A program made the position numbers and the translations under genes. 64,000 nt of DNA from Clostridiales bacterium. GTDB lineage: Bacteria > Bacillota > Clostridia > Oscillospirales > CAG-272. The first letter of the stretch is position 1; every line of letters starts with the position of its first letter. The stretch lies in assembly GCA_012519315.1 (NCBI GenBank), contig JAAYQM010000058.1, forward strand, positions 3,062-67,061. The letters run 5' to 3'. The notes beneath the pieces were generated by a model. That model ran no database searches. It had not been told where the DNA came from and worked only from the letters and a program-made list of their open reading frames with translations. This document shows, piece by piece, positions 56,601 to 64,000 of this stretch.

Positions 56601-57724
56601 CATTGCGCCGTCTTCGCGCTTGGTGTTATGTCTGAAAAGATGCGCAACTGCGGCGTAGACCCGCTGACAGTCATCCAAACAGTGTCGAAGTTAAACGCTG
56701 TCATATTAGATGAAGCATTGTTGCCGGTCATCTGAGCAAGGGTTAAAGCCACAGGTGTGCCGACATATGTTGGGGTGCCTGAAGACTGATATGCCGCCGC
56801 TCCTCCGGATAAGTAATAGCAGCCAGATACAGTTAATGTATTACCGGCAAAGTTTCCTATTATCTCGGAGATATAGCCCGACGCGTCTACTCTGCCAAGT
56901 GTGGCTACGCTTGAATAAAAGTTTGTTATATTGGTGTTAGCGCCGTTACGACCGGCGAAGGCGCCCGCTTGATTGTCACCTATAACAGTGCCTGTGTTCA
57001 TGCAATTTGAAGAGCTAATGGGCGTATTATTCGCGTTTCCGACTAGTCCTCCGGCATAGCTGCCTTTCGAATATGCAAAGCCATCAAACCATGTGCTGTT
57101 GATAGTAATCTTGCCGCTGCTGCCACTACCGCCAAGACCGACTACTCCGCCAATACTTGTGCCGGTTCCCGTGATATAGGCGTTGGTGTATATATTCTCG
57201 TAGGTGCTGTCTCCCGTTGAATTTCCAACTATGCTACCGCTGTTGCTGCCTGCCGAAATGTACGAGTTTACAAGTCTTACATTTCGAATAACAGCATTCG
57301 ACGCTTCGCTGAATAATCCTTGGACACCTGCTCCGCTGTCAATATACAAACCGTTGATTGTGTGATTCTGCCCATCAAATGTTCCCGAGAATTTCTTAAT
57401 GGGAGTCCATTTGTTCGCTTTGCCGGTAACCATCCACTGTGTAAAGTTACCCTCGTTTAAGTATATATCTGCGCCAAGGCGGACAGTTTTGCCGGCGAAG
57501 GTCTTATCTTGCGCTGCAAGAGCAGAAAACCCAGCAAATTCTTCCGGTGTGTTGATTGTGAATTGCGTCCCGCTATCACTGTACCAGCTTGTGTCTATTC
57601 CTCCGCTCCACATGGGCTCTCCCAGTGCAGTGACCATAGAGATCGGGATATTAGCCACAACAATCAAAAGCATAAGTAACAGAGCAGTTTTTCTTTGCAA
57701 TTTTTCAGACCATTTCATTTTCAT
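53648..57724 (-). CDS. Large secreted multidomain protein: two tandem GLUG beta-helix modules, an MBL-fold domain and a C-terminal region
   Basis: Start chosen at MKMKWSEKLQRKTALLLMLLIV (RBS GAAAGGAAG). The ORF-track extension to 57970 runs into the IS remnant. Modules begin WSGGIDTSWY and WSGLPDTSWY. HxHxDH is in IAAWIFTHAHLDH (nt 55019-55039). Confidence 0.65.
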   Translation of the reverse strand: MKMKWSEKLQRKTALLLMLLIVVANIPISMVTALGEPMWSGGIDTSWYSDSGTQFTINTPEEFAGFSALAAQDKTFAGKTVRLGADIYLNEGNFTQWMVTGKANKWTPIKKFSGTFDGQNHTINGLYIDSGAGVQGLFSEASNAVIRNVRLVNSYISAGSNSGSIVGNSTGDSTYENIYTNAYITGTGTSIGGVVGLGGSGSSGKITINSTWFDGFAYSKGSYAGGLVGNANNTPISSSNCMNTGTVIGDNQAGAFAGRNGANTNITNFYSSVATLGRVDASGYISEIIGNFAGNTLTVSGCYYLSGGAAAYQSSGTPTYVGTPVALTLAQMTGNNASSNMTAFNFDTVWMTVSGSTPQLRIFSDITPSAKTAQWSGLPDTSWYKASESTYTINTMAQLSGLAVITTIGRPLQGKTVNLGADITMNTGNHLDWIYNPPTYGWLPISFGDPGFQGTFDGKGHTISGLYYDNSTKSYVGFFGRLNGATVKDIVFKNSLIAGNSNIGGLAGAIISNPATISGIYSDAYVKVSEGLPTGGASTGGLVGVCASAGVQISKCWFDGSVKSASKYVGGIIGNGNGQAISVSDCMNTGAIYGLDEVGGIVGRSGGLSASLTNCYSTGPIASTDNKFANSLFGDYKNGGTLTVIGSYYPLGCTPVGLEGTSSLAGTIYAKSMAQMTGAAASTNMSALDFTNTWATVTGETPRLQKFLSLSRENYVYSADKIEHPMDMLKTLNIPYGISGSLNYAESQDNGDYLMVIGDTGAAQYNTAVSNLQSLGYVKYADKDIDGNKSATYTKDGSTIFIYYTPSNQSIRIIIEKSSQLSALLPDTKYVASKTTLLTQMVTDGTAMSYVIRLADGSFIIIDGGYVKGIDEVELYSILQAQSGGDPIVIAAWIFTHAHLDHTGTFANFMDSYSANVTLENLIYSFPDSSVLGLLDNPMVTNPDMLPRFNAAVTSALNADSTLSVIKPHTGQSLYFRNAKIDILFTYEDLFPGSMITVNDSSLIFTIEVDEQKILFLGDTEEGSVPLINSMYINAVKADICQVSHHGYQDFSSIRTLYAKVNPSVLLWPVDKISTSTTNNYLRNSLNVEENIVANKTTTLVLPYTANSLLTFAYPTGINKTSDVRILANGVDVTDATEFTDTGFIVSVPGNGANTTVQIIETVNAATNDFNNFVYFVKKTASGYNTTQMQNMKNILGYVGASIRTNESLGQGLRFKSRISEDLKTNGSDGYFPVEYGTLVKAADNPAPLSYFTGTYQNRVGKSVAYSEADNVNLVFENKDGDIMYTAVLIGFDESLYYKDYVFVSYALMSNGVDSYVIYGNPVTKNIHGVAVQILADPNHGLSGADYDYVLGVAEYQP

Positions 57725-57846
57725 GCTTCCTTTCAAAATATTTAAGGATTCGGGATAGCGCATTTCCATTAGCGTTTTCAAACCACCTCCTATAAATAAC
57801 TGTCTAACGTATACCATTAACACATCTTCATTATGGAGTGTTATCA

Positions 57847-58667
57847 TGTAAGTAGAGACGACAGAAACCCAAAAATCTGATATAATAAAATTATCAGGAA
57901 GGTGTATGAGAAAGTACAGTAAGGAATTCAAAGAAGAAGCATTAAAACTGTCGGATGAAATTGGAGTCAAGAGTGCGGCAAGCCAACTCGGGATACAGTA
58001 TTATACCCTTGCGGAATGGCGCAAGAACCGCAAAGCGGAAACAAAGTTACCCGATCCGGCAAATGAAGCAGCGTGCGCGTATCCGAGAGCTGGAGCGGGA
58101 ATGCAGCGAACTGCGTCAAGCCAATGACATTTTAAAGGACGCATTAGGTTTTTTCGCAAAAGACCGGAAGAAGTAAAAACAAGTGAGAGACATCTGTTCA
58201 TCGTTGAGTATCGGAACCGCTATCCGGTAAATCTGATGACGGTACAGATTGGCTGAAGTCGTTATCTTGCACAGCGATCGCGGCTGTCAGTATACAAGTG
58301 ATGTGTTTAAAGCAGAACTCGTCAAACATGGTATTACTCAAAGTCTCAGCGGAACCGGACATTGCTTTGACAACGCCAGGATGGAAAGTTTCTTCGCAAC
58401 GCTGAAAAAGGAAAAGCTTTGTTGAATTCCGACTTACCGTATGACGCGGGAAGTTAGGAATGTCATTTTCAGATATGTCTTTGCTTATTACAATAATGCC
58501 CGGATTTACACCGGAAATCCGTTCGGACTATCTCCGGTGAAATACCGTGAGTGGCTCAAAGTGTCAATCAACAGTCCGACAGCATAACCGGCGGTCGGCG
58601 ATCCCCATTTTTTCTCCGTTCCGCTACGCTACACTCCGTAAAAATGGGCTTGTGCGTATCCATTACA
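57847..58667 (+). mobile_element. Decayed IS3-family insertion sequence (frameshifted orfA, internally deleted orfB)
   Basis: OrfA is split over two frames: MRKYSKEFKEEALKL...GIQYYTLAEWRKNRK in one and ...RIRELERECSELRQANDILKDALGFFAKDRKK in the other. OrfB survives as FIVEYRNRYPVNLM and ...[10 protein letters not shown]...[21 protein letters not shown] pieces. The ends are TGTAA...TTACA. At about 0.8 kb it is well short of a full IS3 element. Confidence 0.7.
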
Positions 58668-58861
58668 GATATCGGATTTGGGGTCTAATTTCGATTGCTC
58701 ATTTATTGACAATTCCATTATAACAAATAAAATTACCAATTAATATGGATTTGTTTTACATTATTATGTACATTTTTTACTTAGCGCAAGCGTTTATATT
58801 AACAAAGATATCAAATATGTTCACAATGATGCAAAATATCGCTATATGAAACAAGATAAAT

Positions 58862-58917
58862 AACCCTTATAATATATAATGATAGATTTTATTTCTATAA
58901 TTTATATTATAAGGGTT
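58862..58917. repeat. Perfect 15-bp inverted repeat upstream of GH38 (candidate operator)
   Basis: AACCCTTATAATATA, a 26-nt spacer, then TATATTATAAGGGTT. Confidence 0.6.
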
Positions 58918-59060
58918 GTAAAATCAATAAAATAACAAGGGGGTAAAGAATCAAAGCAATTAAAAGGACAGCGCCGCTTTAAAATATCGCTAATGACGGC
59001 AATTGACCTTTAATACGGACCTGAAAATAAACGAAAATAATATATAATAGAGGTTTAACA

Positions 59061-61475
59061 ATGAAAAAACTTCATTTGATTTGCAACGCACATATTGACC
59101 CGATCTGGCAATGGGGGTGGGACGAGGGTATCGCCGCCGCTATTGCTACCTTTGCCTCCGCCGTACGCCTTGCCGAGAAATTCGACTATGTTTTCTGCCA
59201 CAACGAATCGGTCCTATATCAATATATCGAGGAATACGCCCCTGAGTTGTTTGTGCAGATACAGAATCTTGTTCGTGAAGGAAAGTGGCATATCGCAGGT
59301 GGCTGGTTTCTTCAGCCTGATTGTAATATGCCTTCCGGAGAAAGTATCGCTCGTCAAATTTTAGTCGGGAAAGCATATTTCATGGAAAAGTTCGGCGTGT
59401 TCCCAACGACAGCAATAAATTACGATTCCTTTGGGCACAGCCGCGGTCTTGTTCAGATACTGAAAAAATGCGGACAAGACAGCTACATCATCACTCGTCC
59501 GTCTCCATCACAGTGCGCCTTGCCCAAAGATCGCTTTATCTGGAAGGGGTTTGACGGAAGCACGGTCAAGGTGTCCAGAGCATGCAGCTATAACACACCC
59601 TTAGGCAGAGCGGCTGAAATAATTATGAAGCGTGCAAAGCTGCAAAATGAAGAGAACGTCGGCATGTTGCTTTGGGGGGTGGGCAACCACGGCGGCGGTC
59701 CTTCCAGAAAGGATCTGTCGGATATTGAAGTCATTCAGAGCACGTCGCCATTTGAAATTTTGCACAGCACACCAGAAGATTTTTTCCAGGAATTTGATTC
59801 AAATGCAGAGCATGCATCCTCCCTTGTGCACTGTATGCCCGGATGCTATACTTCAATGATTAAAGTAAAGCAAAAGCATATAGAGCTTGAAAACCTATTG
59901 TATTATACCGAAAAATTATGCGTCTGCGCTTCTCTATCCGGACGCTCACCTTATCCGGCTAAGCGTTTGGCACTGGCGCAGGAAGACTTGCTCGTTAGCG
60001 AGTTTCACGATATTCTTCCGGGAACCTGCATAATGAGCGCGGAGGCAGCAGTACTTGATATGCTTGGGCACGGGCTGCACACTCTTCGTCAGGAATTCGA
60101 TAAGGCATTCTTTTCTCTTGTCGGATCCGAACATGTTGCCGATGAGGACGAATATCCTATATTTGTTTTTAATCCGCACCCATATCCGATATCGACTGAG
60201 GTCGAATGTGAGCTTACGCTGGCTGATCAGAACTGGGATCTGGAAGAATGGAATCAGGTGAAAGTTTACGATGGCAATCTCTTGCTGCCATCGCAAGTTG
60301 TGAAAGAGTCATCAACTATCCCTCTCGATTGGCGCAAGAAAGTCGTTTTTAAAGCGGATTTAAAGCCCTTTGGAATCTCGAGATTCTGCGCGCGCATGGT
60401 GAAAGAAAAGAAATATGTTGTGCGCCATGGTGTTGACGGCGATATAGTACTTCTCGGTGCGGATTGGGAAGTTATAATTGGCGGCAAAAGCGGGTTAATC
60501 GAAAAATATCGCGTCGGTGACCGCGTATATATGGGAAGCGGTGCTTTTATGCCTGTAATGTACGACGACAACGAGGATCCGTGGGCAATGTCAGATGCAC
60601 AGCTTAAGCGACTGGGCACAGATCCGCGCGACTTCAAGCTGATGGCGCCCACCGATGGTATCTTCGCAGGTCTTGACAGCGTTGAAATTATTGAGGACGG
60701 CGAGGTATATCTGGGCATCGAAAGCTTCTTCTCCCTTGATGAGACAAAAATTCGTATCGCATATAAGATCTACAAAGATAGCCCTTACATTGATATCAAT
60801 GTTAATGTTTTCTGGAACGAAAAAAACAAAATCCTCAAACTCAGATTACCCGTACAACATGAAGGCACGTTTATAGGTCAAACCTTGTACGGAACAGATA
60901 TTTTGCACACTGACGGACGTGAATGCGTAGCGCAACGATATTGCGGCATAGACGATGGCACAAACACTTTAGGTGTGCTCAACAACTGTATTTATGGCTG
61001 TAGTTTTGATGAGGGGAGCTTGTACCTGACATTGGTAAGGGGGGCATCCTACTGTGCTCATCCGATTCACGACAGGCAGATTCTCCCCTCGAAAAAGTTC
61101 GTTCACCTTATAGATCAGGGACAGCTTAATTACAGTTTTAGAGTGATTGCGTGCAAATCATACTAACTGGAAAAGAAAGCACTTGAATTCAATCAAAAAC
61201 CCTATGCCCTGAATCTGTTTCCGATTGGCACCGGAAACCTTTCGGCTCCCGTGCCGCTTATCGTTGAAAACGAAAACATTATCCTCTCGGCCGCAAAGAA
61301 GCGTGATGATGCCGACGGATATGTTTTTCGACTATTCAACGGGAGTTCCGGACGGGCAAAAACTCGCCTATCTCTCGGCGGGGTCAGCATCTCGCTCTCC
61401 TTTGAAAGCTTTGAGGTAAAAACCGTTTGCTATGATGACGGAGCTTTGATGGAAAAGGACGAATTGATTATTTAA
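59061..61475 (+). pseudogene. GH38 alpha-mannosidase interrupted by an in-frame TAA at 61164-61166
   Basis: N-terminal LICNAHIDPIWQWGWDEG and GVGNHGGGP. After the stop the same frame continues LEKKALEFNQKP...IILSAAKKRDDADGYVFRLFNGSS..., the typical GH38 C-terminal beta-sandwich end. Confidence 0.8.
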
Positions 61476-61546
61476 GACAAAATTTAGAATTGGATTTTGC
61501 AGTTCAGACGGCTATTTTGAATCAAGCCATAATAACACAAAACAAC

Positions 61547-61593
61547 AAACGACCATCCGTCACAAGCGGGCTGCTTGAAAGGGATGGTCGTTT
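61547..61593. terminator. Hairpin between convergent GH38 and ARH genes
   Basis: 12-bp stem AAACGACCATCC/GGATGGTCGTTT with a 23-nt loop. Confidence 0.45.
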
Positions 61594-61606
61594 AACGTTG
61601 AATTGT

Positions 61607-63388
61607 TTATATTCCGATCTCTACGTCCAGCATACGGTATCTTGCCCCCTCGGCATAGGTAGCAGTGTAGTCAACCGGCGCAAAAATTATTGTGGGCGGG
61701 CAATCACTTTGCATCCGTATTGCAAGCGTATGAGTACCGGCAGACAGTGTGCTACTATAAACTCGGTCTTTTTCGCACCTGTGATAAGCGGGGACAACCG
61801 ATGTTATCTGCGGTGCAGACAATACCTCTTTCCCGTCAAGTGTGACAGTAAGTGCCGCAGTAGTCGCAAACATCAAACGTACCGGCAGTTCTTTTGTTAG
61901 TGTCAATGTTGTTTCCGCAAGATATATCCCGTTCGGCATCGGTTTGTCAAAGGTGATTTTAGTACCATCGATATAGTGCGTCTGCCCCGAAAGTTTCCAT
62001 CGTGCCGCGCGTAGCACCGATATCCCGATTGGGTATTCATTCCAGAGCGTCCCGTCTGCCAGACGTCGACAAACTATCAGTTGTAAGGTATTTTGATGGG
62101 GGATGTTCCCCTTAGAAATAATGGTAATCTCTCCGCTGCGCTTACCGGTGAGCAGAAGGGGGGAATCAAAACCGGTCAAGTCGCCGCTAATACCATCCGG
62201 GCATACGAGTCTCGCGCTAACTATCCATGTTCCATCCGACGGTGGCGTTAGAGTGATCGGTATGCGCAGGGGTTGCGCGGGGGAGACAGAGGCTCCGTTG
62301 GGATATCCGATGTAGACAGTCAGCCCTTCACCCTGCGGCACTCCGGTTGGGATGGTTTCAATTGAGTAATTGTAGTCGAAATTTTCCGGGTACTTCAGTG
62401 TGTACAGCGACGAATCCTCCAGTGCAAACTTTTGCTGCAGTACCATGGTGCGCTCGGTCAATTCTTTTAGGTTTTTGGGCGCACGCAAGCCCTTTATAGG
62501 GGCTGATACAACTATACGTTCGCCAATCGGATCGCTCCACTTTTGGGGAATATATGCACTGCCATATAAAATTCCATACAGCGCGCCGAGAGTAGCGACG
62601 GTGCAGTCGGTATCATAACCAAGGTTTACCGTCTTGAGCAACCCGTCCTCAAAATCCGCCCCGCTAAGCAGTCCCAGCACAGTAAAGGCGATGTTTTGCG
62701 GCGCATCGGTGAAATTGTCCCGCCCGTGCTCATCTAGAATTTTTTGACGTATGCACGTGTATGTTTTTCCCTCTTGGTGCCAACGCAGCGTGTCAGCAAC
62801 TGCGCGATAAGTGCGGCTGCTGCTTGGAATGTATTCCAGTGCTTGCTTAATTAATTGTACTTTATCGTCACAAATAAAGGCAAGGCTCTGTAATGCCGCC
62901 TGAAATATTTCGCCGTACATTCCTTCACCGCCCGCATGATCAACCACCGCATCTTGATATGCAAGATAGGCGGCAAGTCCGGGATTACCCGGCGCGATGC
63001 ACGCCCATAGCTCTGATCGAATGGGGGAACCCATACAATCAATAAATGGGTTGTCATAGCAACCGGAAAAGGGCGGGGTCAGGCCGCTGCGCAATGCAGT
63101 TAAGGCATAGCCATACTCGTCATACGGGAAAAAGACATGCTCTAAAAAGCCACGGGCAAGGTGGGTCGAGGACAGGCGTGTGCCATATCGCTCGGCTGCC
63201 TGTAAATTACATAGTTGTAAATCCAAATCGTCATTTTCAACCGCCCCGGTCTCATAGGTTTTGGGGTACCAGGTTAGTTGCATTGGTTCCTTTACGCCTT
63301 CGACCGGCGCCCCCAGTGTACCGCCGATATTTTTACCCAGCCAACAGGCATATATTTTGTCGAATAACACATCTCTAGAAAGTGTCAT
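61607..63388 (-). CDS. ADP-ribosylglycohydrolase-family domain fused to a ~270-aa C-terminal beta-rich region
   Basis: Contains WLGKNIGGTLGAPVEG, DDLDLQL and GYDTDCTVATLGALYG, the ARH metal-site motifs. Start chosen at MTLSRD (63388) after AAAGGATGG. Confidence 0.7.
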   Translation of the reverse strand: MTLSRDVLFDKIYACWLGKNIGGTLGAPVEGVKEPMQLTWYPKTYETGAVENDDLDLQLCNLQAAERYGTRLSSTHLARGFLEHVFFPYDEYGYALTALRSGLTPPFSGCYDNPFIDCMGSPIRSELWACIAPGNPGLAAYLAYQDAVVDHAGGEGMYGEIFQAALQSLAFICDDKVQLIKQALEYIPSSSRTYRAVADTLRWHQEGKTYTCIRQKILDEHGRDNFTDAPQNIAFTVLGLLSGADFEDGLLKTVNLGYDTDCTVATLGALYGILYGSAYIPQKWSDPIGERIVVSAPIKGLRAPKNLKELTERTMVLQQKFALEDSSLYTLKYPENFDYNYSIETIPTGVPQGEGLTVYIGYPNGASVSPAQPLRIPITLTPPSDGTWIVSARLVCPDGISGDLTGFDSPLLLTGKRSGEITIISKGNIPHQNTLQLIVCRRLADGTLWNEYPIGISVLRAARWKLSGQTHYIDGTKITFDKPMPNGIYLAETTLTLTKELPVRLMFATTAALTVTLDGKEVLSAPQITSVVPAYHRCEKDRVYSSTLSAGTHTLAIRMQSDCPPTIIFAPVDYTATYAEGARYRMLDVEIGI

Positions 63389-63677
63389 TTTTATCCATCC
63401 TTTTTGATTGGCGAATAGCAACGCCGATTTCTATTGATTATATCAAACGGAAATGGTATAGTCAATAGTGTTATTTGTGTAGCGTTTTGTATTTGTGTGT
63501 TAAAGCGTTGCTCATCATTGACACTCTAAAACAAACAATTTCGCTTGTTGTATAGTCCGTTTCTTTTCTGTTTATATATGCCTGAATTGCAAATCAAGCA
63601 TAAATTAACCGCCTATATATATCTTCCGGAAATGTTATATATAAAGGCGGTATTAGATTATATAGCGCCTTTTTACA

Positions 63678-64000
63678 TTATAATAGTCGTTTTTTAGATG
63701 ATATTGAGGCTTTTCTATATTCATATGGAGTCATTCCCATAATTCGCTTAAAGGTCGTGTAGAAACTTTTTGGATTATCATATCCGATTTTTTTGCATAT
63801 CTGATCAACATTAAGATTGGTATCCTTAAGAAGCTCAACAGCCTTTTCAATTCGTTTTTTTTGAATATAAGTGCTAAAATTCACTCCATACGTACTTTTA
63901 AAAATACGGCTGAAATACGACGGGTTATAAGAATATCTCCTTCCTACGTCGGACATCGATATTTTTTCGCAGAAATTATCATTGACATATTCAATAACCG
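63678..64000 (-). CDS. AraC-family transcriptional regulator, C-terminal HTH part (5' end beyond the window)
   Basis: The frame is open to the window edge: ...VIEYVNDNFCEKISMSDVGRRYSYNPSYFSRIFKSTYGVNFSTYIQKKRIEKAVELL...IGYDNPKSFYTTFKRIMGMTPYEYR. Confidence 0.8.
   Translation of the reverse strand, partial: VIEYVNDNFCEKISMSDVGRRYSYNPSYFSRIFKSTYGVNFSTYIQKKRIEKAVELLKDTNLNVDQICKKIGYDNPKSFYTTFKRIMGMTPYEYRKASISSKKRLL

Noticed and set aside
57725-57970. N-terminal extension of the large surface-protein ORF to 57970 (1440 aa in the ORF track)
   Set aside because: The extension has no signal peptide and runs into the IS3 relic. A good RBS, ATG and signal peptide occur at 57724.
61164-61166. Programmed stop-codon recoding (Sec/Pyl) in GH38
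   Set aside because: The codon is TAA, not TGA or TAG. No SECIS- or PYLIS-like context is expected for a glycosidase, so a nonsense mutation or sequencing error is more likely.

Overview
This window looks like a Firmicutes/Clostridia-type chromosome. The evidence is an IreB homolog, a glmS ribozyme, Gram-positive lipoboxes and PFOR. No finer taxon can be assigned from sequence alone.

Positions 1 to about 41.7 kb are a dense housekeeping backbone. It carries ddl (partial)-murI, a homocysteine methyltransferase, thiI, proBA, zapA-U32 peptidase, dut, mreBCD-mrdA, nth-ahcY, PFOR, a DD-carboxypeptidase, ribF, fhs, tsaE/tsaB and rpiB. It also carries a hexosamine cluster (LbH transferase-glmM-glmS ribozyme-glmS), a P2-type ATPase behind a yybP-ykoY (Mn2+) riboswitch, and a long eukaryote-type guaA.

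Immediately downstream of guaA the content becomes accessory:
- A compact integrase module (HTH/xis, int, MobC-like, RepA-like ATPase) ends in twin palindromic GTGACG repeats.
- A 370-bp Tn3-like MITE follows.
- Next is a visibly lower-GC minus-strand block of about 12 kb. It holds a GH78 rhamnosidase and an operon of paralogous GLUG beta-helix surface proteins, two exported MBL-fold domains, an SBP-like lipoprotein and an unannotated 40-aa ORF.
- A decayed IS3 element comes next, followed by a GH38 / ADP-ribosylglycohydrolase / AraC locus.

The GLUG/MBL operon is my best candidate for an undescribed system.

Three genes are interrupted. ireB and glmS each carry one extra nucleotide, certainly in an A-run for ireB and probably so for glmS. 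GH38 has an in-frame TAA. These may be assembly errors or real decay. All calls rest on by-eye motif recognition; no searches were run.
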